64,000 bases of DNA, taken from NCBI GenBank assembly GCA_964605355.1, contig CAZSCE010000001.1, positions 103 to 64,102 on the forward strand, read 5' to 3'. The notes under the pieces are model-generated. The model had not been told where the DNA came from, did no database searches, and worked only from the letters and a program-made list of their open reading frames with translations. The stretch is from an uncultured Candidatus Saccharibacteria bacterium (GTDB lineage: Bacteria; Patescibacteriota; Minisyncoccia; Phycocordibacterales; GWA1-40-21). The translations under genes and the position numbers were made by a program. The stretch's first letter is position 1. Every line of letters begins with the position of its first letter. Shown piece by piece: positions 1-8,912 of this stretch.

Positions 1-79
1 CTGGTTCTTTGTTTGATTGCTTACCAAATCTATAACACAATCCGGGGAAACACTTGGGCGCGTTAAGAAAGGAGAAAGA

Positions 80-235
80 ATGAAGAAATTTCCAAAACTA
101 GTTGAGGGTATTAAAACCCTCGGTGACATACTGATTGCCCCCATAATACTTGTGGGTGCATGTCTCACCTTTATCCCCGCCTTCATCTCGTTTGAGAGAA
201 CAGAGCTGAAAATGGGAATAACTGAAGAGCAGTAG
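80..235 (+). CDS. small hydrophobic membrane protein (hypothetical); start moved to the Met preceded by AAAGGAGAAAGA
   Basis: ORF 17..235 has an internal ATG at 80 with a strong RBS 6 nt upstream. The hydrophobic stretch ILIAPIILVGACLTFIPAFI suggests one transmembrane helix. Confidence 0.35.
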   Translation: MKKFPKLVEGIKTLGDILIAPIILVGACLTFIPAFISFERTELKMGITEEQ

Positions 236-247
236 AGTCACAACCCC

Positions 248-274
248 GGGCCCCGAACCACACGTTCGGGGCCC
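248..274. terminator. G+C-rich hairpin GGGCCCCGAAC-cacac-GTTCGGGGCCC between convergent genes
   Basis: Perfect 11-bp stem seen in the sequence. It lies between the 3' ends of the small plus-strand ORF and minus-strand uvrA. Confidence 0.6.
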
Positions 275-281
275 TAAATAT

Positions 282-2885
282 TTATCTCTTCCGTAGATGC
301 TTCTTTAAATAATGCCCGGTGTATGATTTGGCATTATTGGCAATATCCTCCGGCGTACCTTTAGCCACCACCTCTCCGCCTTTATCCCCTCCTTCTGGAC
401 CAATATCAATCACATAGTCCGCAGATTTTATTATATCCATATTATGCTCAATAATCATGACCGAGTTTCCATGATCCACTAATCTATTAATTATTTCTAT
501 TAACTTTTTTACATCTTCATAATGCAAACCAATGGTGGGCTCATCTAAAAGATAAACAGTTTTTTGTAAATGCGGTTTATAAAGCTCGGAAGCAATTTTT
601 ACACGCTGAGCTTCTCCACCGGAAAGTGTAGTGGCGCTCTGACCTAATTTTAAATAACCAAGGCCCACATCTTGTAGTGTTTTTAATCTGTCATAAATAG
701 CTGGCAAATCTTCAAAGAAAGGAATGGCTTCCTCCACCGTCATTTCTAAAATCTCATGGATATTTTTCTTCTTATATTTTATTTCCAAAGTCTCCTTGGT
801 AAATCTTTTACCATTACATACATCACAGGGCACATATACAGTAGGCAAGAAATGCATTTCCACTTCTATCACCCCATTACCTTCACAAGCTTCACACCGC
901 CCTCCAGCCACATTAAATGAGAAGCGGTTAGCCTTCCAGCCACGCGCTTTGGCCTCAATACTCATAGCAAACATATCCCTAATATGTGACCAGGCGCCGG
1001 TATAGGTGGCGGGGTTTGACCGTGGTGTGCGCCCAATTGGTGACTGATCTATCAGAATAACCCGGCTAACATATTCTGTACCCGTAAAACTTTTACAATT
1101 ATAAACTTCATTTGTGCGGTGACGCTTGGTAAATCTGGCATTTAAATTTTTATCAATAATTTCATAGACAAAGGAAGATTTTCCCGATCCAGATACTCCG
1201 GTAACACAGACCAACTTGCCAAGTGGCACATCAATATTTAGATTTTTTATATTAAATACATTTCCCCCGCGGATTTTTAAGGAGCCTTTATCCGTCTGCC
1301 TTCTTTTTTCTGGGACCGGAATTACTTTATCTCCGCGTAAATAATCCAAGGTAACAGATTCTGAGGGATTAGTTTTATCTGTTAATAATTTATCCAGATA
1401 ACCAGATACCACAATTTCTCCGCCATGCACACCAGCGCCGGGGCCAATATCCACAATATAATCAGAAGAATAGATAGTGTCTTCATCATGCTCTACCACA
1501 ATTATGGTATTACCCAAATCACGCAGTTCCGTCAGGGTTTTAATCAAACGGTCATTATCACGGGAATGTAAACCAATAGTTGGCTCATCCAGAACATACA
1601 GCGCGCCTACCAAGCCAGAGCCCAGCTGTGACGCCAGCCTAATTCTCTGCGCCTCACCTCCAGATAGGGTGTGTGCCCGCCTGTTTAACGAAAGATATTC
1701 AATACCCACATCCATCATAAACTTTAACCGATCATCAATCTCTTTGATAACTACTGTACATATTTCTTTTTCTACCTCAGTTAATTTTATATTATCAAAA
1801 AAAGTTTTAGCATCCGTAATAGATAGTGCGGTGAGAGCCACAATACTCTTACCATTGAGGAGTACATGAAGAGCCTCTTCTCGTAAACGAGCACCATTAC
1901 AAATATCACAATCCTCTTCACCAAAAAATTGCTTTGTCCCTAAACCATTACATTCCGGACAGGCACCATAAGGTGAATTAAAGGAAAATAACCTGGGCTC
2001 AATTTCCGGATAAGAATAACCATCATAAGGGCACATAAATTTTACTGACATCATTTTTTCCTCTCCATCTGTTTCAATTTTTAACAAGCCCTTACTCTCA
2101 TCAATAGCTTTTTCAATAGCTTCACTCAGGCGCTCGCGGGCCGGACCCTTTTTATCCTTATGCTTAAATTCACTAACATAAAACTCATCCACCAGAACAT
2201 CAATATTATGTTTCTTCGTTTTAGATAAAATAATCTGATCACGAAGCTTTTTCATCACGCCATCTATTTTGACCCACTCAAAACCCTTACCCAATAAATC
2301 ATAAAGTAATTGATAATATTCCCCTTTTCTACCCACTACTACCGGAGAAAATATTTTTACTTTTACATCATCATAAGGTACACCCAAAACTACTTTTTCT
2401 TTTTTGGAAACATCTGTAGTAGTCACTGATTTTATAATTGTTTCTAAAATTTCCTCATTGGAAAGTTTCTTAATTTCCCTATTACAAACCAAACAGTGTG
2501 GACGGCCAATACGGGCATAAATTATACGCAAATAATCATAAATCTCCGTAATGGTAGCCACCGTGGAGCGGGGGTTATTTGAGCGGGACTTCTGATCAAT
2601 AGAAATAGCGGGAGAAAGCCCAATTATTTCATCCACATCCGGTTTCTGCATCTGACGTAAAAATTGACGGGCGTAGGAGGAAAGTGACTCTATATAGCGC
2701 CTCTGACCTTCCGCAAAAATAGTATCAAACGCCAAAGAGCTCTTACCGGAGCCGGATAGGCCAGTAAAAGCAATCATTTTATTTCTGGGCATCTCCACGG
2801 ACACATTTTTCAAATTGTGCGTGCGGGCGCCTCTTATAATGATTTTCTCATCCCCCGTATGAAATTTTTCTTTTTGATTCTTCAT
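282..2885 (-). CDS. uvrA: excinuclease ABC subunit A
   Basis: N-terminal ...IIIRGARTHNLKNVSVEMPRNKMIAFTGLSGSGKSSLAFDTIFAEGQRRYIESLSSYARQFL is the canonical UvrA start. Two ABC ATPase modules (GLSGSGKSS, GVSGSGKSS), zinc-finger CxxC pairs and LSGGEAQR signature motifs are present. Confidence 0.95.
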   Translation of the reverse strand: MKNQKEKFHTGDEKIIIRGARTHNLKNVSVEMPRNKMIAFTGLSGSGKSSLAFDTIFAEGQRRYIESLSSYARQFLRQMQKPDVDEIIGLSPAISIDQKSRSNNPRSTVATITEIYDYLRIIYARIGRPHCLVCNREIKKLSNEEILETIIKSVTTTDVSKKEKVVLGVPYDDVKVKIFSPVVVGRKGEYYQLLYDLLGKGFEWVKIDGVMKKLRDQIILSKTKKHNIDVLVDEFYVSEFKHKDKKGPARERLSEAIEKAIDESKGLLKIETDGEEKMMSVKFMCPYDGYSYPEIEPRLFSFNSPYGACPECNGLGTKQFFGEEDCDICNGARLREEALHVLLNGKSIVALTALSITDAKTFFDNIKLTEVEKEICTVVIKEIDDRLKFMMDVGIEYLSLNRRAHTLSGGEAQRIRLASQLGSGLVGALYVLDEPTIGLHSRDNDRLIKTLTELRDLGNTIIVVEHDEDTIYSSDYIVDIGPGAGVHGGEIVVSGYLDKLLTDKTNPSESVTLDYLRGDKVIPVPEKRRQTDKGSLKIRGGNVFNIKNLNIDVPLGKLVCVTGVSGSGKSSFVYEIIDKNLNARFTKRHRTNEVYNCKSFTGTEYVSRVILIDQSPIGRTPRSNPATYTGAWSHIRDMFAMSIEAKARGWKANRFSFNVAGGRCEACEGNGVIEVEMHFLPTVYVPCDVCNGKRFTKETLEIKYKKKNIHEILEMTVEEAIPFFEDLPAIYDRLKTLQDVGLGYLKLGQSATTLSGGEAQRVKIASELYKPHLQKTVYLLDEPTIGLHYEDVKKLIEIINRLVDHGNSVMIIEHNMDIIKSADYVIDIGPEGGDKGGEVVAKGTPEDIANNAKSYTGHYLKKHLRKR

Positions 2886-2973
2886 TACGCTAAATGTCCC
2901 TGGGCTTAACGCCAGGGTTTATACATGAATGTATGTTTATATGATAACACAGCTTTCAAAAAACGCAAATATA

Positions 2974-3240
2974 TTATTTAGAATAGAATTTTAGTCTTTT
3001 TTTAATATAGATTGAGGAAATAAGAAGAATGAGAAAAAATACAGTAAATTTATAATCCCACCAGTGAAAATTAGCAGATAGGCGGCCGTATAATATATCC
3101 ATTATTAAGCCAAATAAAATCAGCTCATTAAAATTTTTGAAATAATAAAGAATAGCTATAGAGAATAAAGCGGTAAACCACCAAGGGCAGGTCAAGGCTG
3201 ATATAAAAAGTAAAACATCAAATATAATTCTTTTTAGCAT
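2974..3240 (-). CDS. small polytopic membrane protein, possibly MreD-like (sits behind mreB-mreC)
   Basis: 88 aa and very hydrophobic. It lies immediately downstream of mreC on the same strand, where mreD normally sits. There is no motif-level confirmation. Confidence 0.3.
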   Translation of the reverse strand: MLKRIIFDVLLFISALTCPWWFTALFSIAILYYFKNFNELILFGLIMDILYGRLSANFHWWDYKFTVFFLILLISSIYIKKRLKFYSK

Positions 3241-3241
3241 T

Positions 3242-4051
3242 TTATTTATCTAAAATTATTTCCACAAAACTTAACTCAGAAATATTAACCGGGCTTTTAA
3301 AAAGAACAGTTTGGGTTGAATCTTTATCTTTAAAATTAATTTTCTCCACAATTCCAAAAACATTGGCGGTAATAGATGGAATCACAATCACATCCCCTTC
3401 CTTTACCTCTACCTCCTTGGGAATAGAAATATTAAAATTACCGCCCCCAATTCCCACGGCCTCAACACTAACAGAGCTATTACCTAATACCACGGATAAC
3501 TTTTGCCCGGGGGTAGAATAAAGGGTAATTTTTGACATATTTGGGTATACCTCAGTCACCTCACCAATATACACATTGGCGTTAGCCACTACCCTATCAC
3601 CCACTTTTATACCCTGATCTGAGCCAATATCCACCGTGAGCATATCATAAGGGGTTTGAGGTGGTTTGACCAAAACGGCGGCTAAAACAGTTTTTTTATT
3701 AATATCTTTACGACCGAGTAAATCTTTTAAATTTTCATTTTCTGCTTGTAGTGTTTCATTTATTGCTATCAAATTTCCGGCCATAAACAGCTTTTGCTCC
3801 ATCACCAGTTTTTCATTTATTAAAGTTTGCTTAAATTTAAAATATTGAAAAAAGTTGGAATTAGTAATTGAATTCTTGATTTGCCAAATTGGAGTAGCTA
3901 TATAAAAGAGTCCTTTGCGCACTGGGCTGGAGGCGATAATCAAAATTAATATTATTAAAATAATAATAACATTTATCACCCTTTTTCTAGCATTCCTCTT
4001 TCGATCTTCAAAATTACTGCTTTTTAGGAGGTAATTCATCTTCGTTTTCAA
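3242..4051 (-). CDS. mreC: rod shape-determining protein MreC
   Basis: N-terminal TM segment, a coiled-coil region (QAENENLKDLL) and a C-terminal beta-rich domain with GDRVVA...GIVEKI-type motifs. It overlaps the 3' end of mreB by 38 nt. Confidence 0.75.
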   Translation of the reverse strand: MKTKMNYLLKSSNFEDRKRNARKRVINVIIILIILILIIASSPVRKGLFYIATPIWQIKNSITNSNFFQYFKFKQTLINEKLVMEQKLFMAGNLIAINETLQAENENLKDLLGRKDINKKTVLAAVLVKPPQTPYDMLTVDIGSDQGIKVGDRVVANANVYIGEVTEVYPNMSKITLYSTPGQKLSVVLGNSSVSVEAVGIGGGNFNISIPKEVEVKEGDVIVIPSITANVFGIVEKINFKDKDSTQTVLFKSPVNISELSFVEIILDK

Positions 4052-5084
4052 TTAAAACTTCAATATAATCATTTAAATTTTCCAAAATAATACCGGTACC
4101 TCTGGCAATTGCTGTTAATGGATCACTGGCAATATATACCGGGATTTTTAATTCTTCATTCAAAAGTACATCTAAACCACGAATCAAGGCTCCACCACCC
4201 ACTAAATATATACCTCTCTGCATAATATCAGAAACAATTTCCGGCGGGGTGGTCTCCAAAACTTCTTTTACTGTTTCTACTAGGGTGGCAATACTTTGAG
4301 CCATAGCTTCACGCACATCACCATCAGTAATAATTACCTCTCTTGGTAAACCAGTGACCAAATCACGGCCTTTGACGGAAACTTCCATACTTTGCTCCAG
4401 CATGACAGAACCAACATTTATTTTAATCTCTTCAGCGGTTTTTTCACCAATTAATATTTTAAATTCGCTTCTAATGTAAGTAATAATATCTGTGTTTAAT
4501 CTATCACCAGCAATACGCAGATTTTTTGACTTTACAATTCCACCAAGGGAAATGACGGCGATATCAGAGGTGCCACCGCCAATATCAATCACCATACTGC
4601 CCACCGGACTTTTTATAGGTAAGCGAATACCAATAGCGCCGGCCATTGGTTCCTCCACAATATATACCTCACGGGCACCAGCATTCCTGGTGGCATCACG
4701 CACCGCCCTTATCTCCACGTTTGTTACGCCCGAGGGAACGCCCACCACTACACGCGGGCCTAATGGTTTTGGTGACAGTTCCTCAGCTTTTTTAACCAAA
4801 TAAGCAATCATTTCCTCCGTCACTTCAAAATCAGAAATCACACCATCCACGAGCGGGCGAACAGCTACAATGTGCGGCGGAGTTCTACCCAGCATGGCTT
4901 TGGCTTGTGACCCAACGGCCACCACGCGCCCAGTCTTCTGATTCAAGGCCACCACAGATGGCTCATTTACCACAATACCTTTTCCAGCTAAATATACTAT
5001 AGTATTAGCTGTTCCCAGATCAATTCCGATATCGTTGGAAAAGCGTCTGTATATTTTTGCTTTTAATTTTTCAAAAAATTCCAT
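4014..5084 (-). CDS. mreB: actin-like rod-shape protein MreB
   Basis: IGIDLGTANTIVY...NEPSVVA...VIDIGGGTSDIAVISLGGIV...LVGGGALIRGLD are the actin-fold phosphate 1, phosphate 2 and adenosine motifs typical of MreB. Confidence 0.9.
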   Translation of the reverse strand: MEFFEKLKAKIYRRFSNDIGIDLGTANTIVYLAGKGIVVNEPSVVALNQKTGRVVAVGSQAKAMLGRTPPHIVAVRPLVDGVISDFEVTEEMIAYLVKKAEELSPKPLGPRVVVGVPSGVTNVEIRAVRDATRNAGAREVYIVEEPMAGAIGIRLPIKSPVGSMVIDIGGGTSDIAVISLGGIVKSKNLRIAGDRLNTDIITYIRSEFKILIGEKTAEEIKINVGSVMLEQSMEVSVKGRDLVTGLPREVIITDGDVREAMAQSIATLVETVKEVLETTPPEIVSDIMQRGIYLVGGGALIRGLDVLLNEELKIPVYIASDPLTAIARGTGIILENLNDYIEVLIENEDELPPKKQ

Positions 5085-6343
5085 AAATCCGTTTCATTAA
5101 GCATACTGACCTTACCGGTAGCTCTATCTTTCACTTCAAACTCGCCTTTCTCAATTGTTTTCTCGCTGATAATTATTCTAAGAGGGATACCCAGTAAATC
5201 AGCGTCCGCAAACTTTTCTCCGGCCCTAGCCTCCCTATCATCACACAATACCTCTATTCCCTTTTTTTGCAACTTTTTATAAATATCCTCTGTTGCTTCC
5301 TTGGCTTTATCACTATTACCAATATTTAATAAGTGAACAGCAAAAGGCGCAATAGACTTTGGCCAGACAATCCCCACTTCATCAGAAAGTAACTCAACAA
5401 CTGTACCCATTACTCGGCCAGGGCCAATACCATAGCAACCCATCACTACAGATTTCTTTTCACCTTTTTCATTAGGGTAAGTTAAATCTAAAGCATCAGA
5501 AAATTTTGTTCCCAGACTAAATATATTTCCAACCTCTATAGACTTTGCTTCACGCAATTTTTCATTTGCACATTCCGGGCACTTATTTTGTTCCTTGATT
5601 AACTCCTTATTTACGGCCACCAAACATTTATCACAAATATAGATTGTATCCTCACCAGCATCAGATAAGGTCTGAAACTCATGTGAATATTTACTAAAAC
5701 TACCGCCGGAAGCAAAAGTAATATAAGTGCGGTCACCTAGGCCAACACGCTCAAAAACTTTTTTATAAGCTACCTTAGACTTTTCATAAAATTTATCATG
5801 CTCCGCAATATCTTTAGAAAAAGAATATAAATCTTTCATCAGGAATTCTCGGCCACGCATAATACCACTTTTGGCCCTGGTCTCATTTCTAAACTTGGTT
5901 TGGATTTGATATGGATAAACGGGGAGATCTTTATAAGAACGGATATGATTTTTCATCAAAACCGTCAAAGGCTCCTCATGTGTGGCACCCAAACCTAACT
6001 CTGTATCATTTTTTAATTTAGTTTTAAACCAAACATCCATCACTTCATCACTCCAACGGTTAGACTTCTCCCAAGGAGTTTTATCCTGAAGCGCAGTTAG
6101 CTGAAGTTCCTGACCGCCAATAGCATCCATCTCCTCCCTGATGATTTTACAGATATTATTAAGCACTCGGAGACCTAATGGTAAATAGTCATAAACCCCG
6201 GCCATTTCCTTGTTAATAAAACCGCCTTTTATGAGTAATTGAGCGTTTTTGCTCACCTCATCCTTAGGCGCCTCCTTACGAGTCTTTGTTAAAAGTTTTG
6301 ATTGATACATACGCGTATAATAGCGTATTTTAGGAAAATCCAC
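5063..6343 (-). CDS. proS: prolyl-tRNA synthetase, short bacterial form without editing domain
   Basis: The N-terminal region QSKLLTKTRKEAPKDEVSKNAQLLIKGGFI and class II aaRS motifs match ProRS. A C-terminal CPEC...C zinc motif is present. It overlaps the mreB start by 22 nt. Confidence 0.85.
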   Translation of the reverse strand: MDFPKIRYYTRMYQSKLLTKTRKEAPKDEVSKNAQLLIKGGFINKEMAGVYDYLPLGLRVLNNICKIIREEMDAIGGQELQLTALQDKTPWEKSNRWSDEVMDVWFKTKLKNDTELGLGATHEEPLTVLMKNHIRSYKDLPVYPYQIQTKFRNETRAKSGIMRGREFLMKDLYSFSKDIAEHDKFYEKSKVAYKKVFERVGLGDRTYITFASGGSFSKYSHEFQTLSDAGEDTIYICDKCLVAVNKELIKEQNKCPECANEKLREAKSIEVGNIFSLGTKFSDALDLTYPNEKGEKKSVVMGCYGIGPGRVMGTVVELLSDEVGIVWPKSIAPFAVHLLNIGNSDKAKEATEDIYKKLQKKGIEVLCDDREARAGEKFADADLLGIPLRIIISEKTIEKGEFEVKDRATGKVSMLNETDLWNFLKN

Positions 6344-6346
6344 AAA

Positions 6347-7441
6347 TTAGAAAAACTTCAAAATATCACGATAGGTGATGATAACCATTAGTGAAATAAG
6401 TATAAAGAAACCAATAGCATTTGCCATATTAGCAACTTTGGGTTTGATTGGCTTTCTGATAATAGCTTCAATAATAATAAAGAACACTCGGCCACCATCT
6501 AGGGCGGGAAAAGGAATCAAATTTATCACCGCTAGGTTAAGAGAGATAAAAGCCACGAAACCAAGGAAGTAAGCAAAACCAAATGTGGCCGCATCACCCA
6601 CCATGCCCACAATTCCCACCGGACCGGAGACCTGAGAATAATCAGCGTGGCCCCGAATAGCCTGAGAAATAAAAGTTCCTAGACCTACAGCCACCTGCTT
6701 GAAGGTTACTACTGTTAATTTTCCACCTTCCCATAAGGCCAAGGCTGGATTTAATTTAACTACACCTACATTTTCCATATAAATACCAATCACTTTTCTA
6801 TTTTCCGTTAAGTTTAATTCTGGAATTGCTACTGTATTTTTTGTCTCGCCATTTCTCTCAAAAATAATATCAACTTTGTTATCCGCGCTAGCATTAACTA
6901 ACTCCCTAACTTTAGTAGTATTTAAATCCTGACCGGTAACCAAATCAACTGATATAAGTTTATCTCCCTGCTTTAAGCCGGCCTTATCCGCCCCTGAGCC
7001 TGGTAAAATGCCGGTAATTACTACCTGGCTATTTTTTATATATTTAGAATAATCTGACGCTCCCTCACCCACCGGCACCAAAGAGCCAAACATAAAAGAA
7101 ATAGAAATTAAAATCCAAGCAAAAATAATATTCATGGCCACGCCAGCAATCAAAACACAAACCTGTTTCCATTTCTTGGCATTAGTAAAACTACGGGCAC
7201 TATCAGCACCAGTCATACTTTCCTCATCGGGGTTCTCACCATGAATTTTTACATAACCACCAAAAGGAATTAAATTTAAAATATATTTTGTTTCCCCGCG
7301 CACCCAACTCAATATTTTAGGTGGAAAGCCAATAGCAAATTCATCTACCCGGATACCGCTCTTTTTGGCCACCACAAAATGCCCCAGTTCATGGACAAAA
7401 ATCAACACTGCTAAAACTACTAAAAATAATATTATGGTCAT
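6347..7441 (-). CDS. rseP: site-2 protease, RseP/M50 family zinc metalloprotease with PDZ domain
   Basis: HELGH zinc motif within the first TM helix, a PDZ-like segment (GILPGSGADKAGLKQGDKLISVD) and a C-terminal LDGG motif. Confidence 0.8.
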   Translation of the reverse strand: MTIILFLVVLAVLIFVHELGHFVVAKKSGIRVDEFAIGFPPKILSWVRGETKYILNLIPFGGYVKIHGENPDEESMTGADSARSFTNAKKWKQVCVLIAGVAMNIIFAWILISISFMFGSLVPVGEGASDYSKYIKNSQVVITGILPGSGADKAGLKQGDKLISVDLVTGQDLNTTKVRELVNASADNKVDIIFERNGETKNTVAIPELNLTENRKVIGIYMENVGVVKLNPALALWEGGKLTVVTFKQVAVGLGTFISQAIRGHADYSQVSGPVGIVGMVGDAATFGFAYFLGFVAFISLNLAVINLIPFPALDGGRVFFIIIEAIIRKPIKPKVANMANAIGFFILISLMVIITYRDILKFF

Positions 7442-7992
7442 TAGGCGGTTATTTCTTTTTGCTTTTTAACAAAGATTTCTTCTAGTGCTTTGTTGCCGGC
7501 ATCTACTAATTTTTGCATTTCTGTTTTGAAACGGAATTTATCATCTTCACCCATACCTCCCTCCTTTTCCTTAGTATCAATATCTTTCACCACCTCATCA
7601 CGCACACTGCGCAAGGTGATTTTAGCTTGCTCATGCTTTTCTTTGGCAATCTTGGTTAATAATTCTCGGCGCTCGCTGGTCAGATCAGGGAAAAATACGC
7701 GCACGCCTTTTTCATCTGTTTTTAGAGAAACACCTAGGTTAGCCACGGTGATGGCTTTTTCCACTGCCTTTACTTGTGAAGCATCCCACGGGGTGACCAG
7801 TAAAGATTTAGCATCAGCAATACTCACAGAACCCACCTGATTTAAAGGCATGCGCTGACCATAGCTTTCTACCTGAACAGCATCTAATAACTGTGGTGAA
7901 GCCATACCGGTCCTGATCCCGGTGTATTCCTTCTTCATCCATTCCTCAGTTTCCTTTATTTTACTATTTAGTTTTTTGAAATCGTATTGCAT
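7441..7992 (-). CDS. frr: ribosome recycling factor
   Basis: 183 aa with Frr-like sequence throughout (e.g. ...IRTGMASPQLLDAVQVESYGQRMPLNQVGSVSIADAKSLLVTPWD...). The size is typical of Frr. Confidence 0.9.
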   Translation of the reverse strand: MQYDFKKLNSKIKETEEWMKKEYTGIRTGMASPQLLDAVQVESYGQRMPLNQVGSVSIADAKSLLVTPWDASQVKAVEKAITVANLGVSLKTDEKGVRVFFPDLTSERRELLTKIAKEKHEQAKITLRSVRDEVVKDIDTKEKEGGMGEDDKFRFKTEMQKLVDAGNKALEEIFVKKQKEITA

Positions 7993-8017
7993 AGTTTTGT
8001 TTGATTAAGGAAGCAAG

Positions 8018-8092
8018 AATTGTTTGAATTTTTTATAGCGTCGGAGCCCACCCGTACTCGGGAAGGGTGAAGCTTAAAAAATTTAAATAATT
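8018..8092. repeat. REP/MITE-like structured intergenic element, copy 1 of 3 (core 8037..8073)
   Basis: The 37-nt core AGCGTCGGAGCCCACCCGTACTCGGGAAGGGTGAAGC is shared with copies at 47447..47483 and 60748..60785. It is flanked by the A+T-rich inverted arms AATTGTTTGAATTTTTT and AAAAAATTTAAATAATT. It lies about 50 nt upstream of the frr start. Confidence 0.7.
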
Positions 8093-8118
8093 TTGATTCC
8101 TGATTACTAATAAATTAA

Positions 8119-8841
8119 TTATAGCACAAGTGCCAGATGTTCCAAAATGACTTTGATGGAGGGTGACTCATCATTGGCATAACTGATGGCTTTCTCAATA
8201 TCTTCAATAGCCAGGAGGCTGCCACTGCGCGCATTATGTGCGTTCTTTACCTTTAGCGTTGATTTAATAACCTTCTCAATATTTTTCAAAAAATTAATAG
8301 CATCACTTTTATTCAGCTTTTCATCTTTTATATCTTTTACAATTTTAGCCACCTGAGTTAAACGCTTCCCCACCTTAGCATTTAGGAATTCTTCAGCTTG
8401 GGCCAGTGGCGTGGCAAACTTACCCTCACCCTTACTAATTATTAATCTGGACTTCAAAGTAGGAAGTAAATCAGAAAATGAGGGGAGAATTAAAAAGAAA
8501 ATAGTATCCGCTCGTGGTTCCTCAAAAATTTTTAATAAAGAATTCTGCGCATCTTTGGTCATAAAATTAGCAGAGATAACAAAAACCTTTCTCTCATACT
8601 TTATGGGCATATTTAAATGCGCTTCATTTATAGCCCGACTATCAATAATTTTAAAAACGTTAAAATCCCCCTGCCAAAAATCCGGATTGTTGGTAACAGG
8701 AAATTTCAAATCCTTCTTTAGGAAATCAAAAAGCTCTTCCTTAACTTTATCCTTGGCCCCTAAAACGCCGTAGGCATGGTGAAGTTGCCCTCGCTTCTTG
8801 TAGTTCTCCCTGATCTGCTTCATAGGTGTAGTATAGCACAC
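8119..8841 (-). CDS. holB: DNA polymerase III delta-prime-like clamp-loader subunit (minimal form)
   Basis: LHHAYGVLG (degenerate P-loop region), NSLLKIFEEP (the NALLKTLEEP box) and LPTLKSRL (SRC-like motif). 240 aa with a truncated C-terminus. Confidence 0.55.
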   Translation of the reverse strand: MCYTTPMKQIRENYKKRGQLHHAYGVLGAKDKVKEELFDFLKKDLKFPVTNNPDFWQGDFNVFKIIDSRAINEAHLNMPIKYERKVFVISANFMTKDAQNSLLKIFEEPRADTIFFLILPSFSDLLPTLKSRLIISKGEGKFATPLAQAEEFLNAKVGKRLTQVAKIVKDIKDEKLNKSDAINFLKNIEKVIKSTLKVKNAHNARSGSLLAIEDIEKAISYANDESPSIKVILEHLALVL

Positions 8842-8912
8842 CTAGAAAACAACCGCCCCATCCATCAGAATGGACACCCCTCCTTAACTAAGGTGGGGAA
8901 AATTGGGAAAAA

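Noticed and set aside
724-1869. Plus-strand ORFs 724..1005 and 1477..1869 inside uvrA, and similar antisense ORFs inside other genes (3666..3848, 4492..4803, 7490..7840, 8411..8773, 12318..12632, 36191..36442, 44448..45110, 57424..58191, 59092..59963, 61617..62091, 62528..63181, 63584..63859)
   Set aside because: They lie entirely within and opposite to, or out of frame with, confidently identified genes. Their composition is low-complexity (Ser/Pro/Leu-rich), typical of antisense translation.
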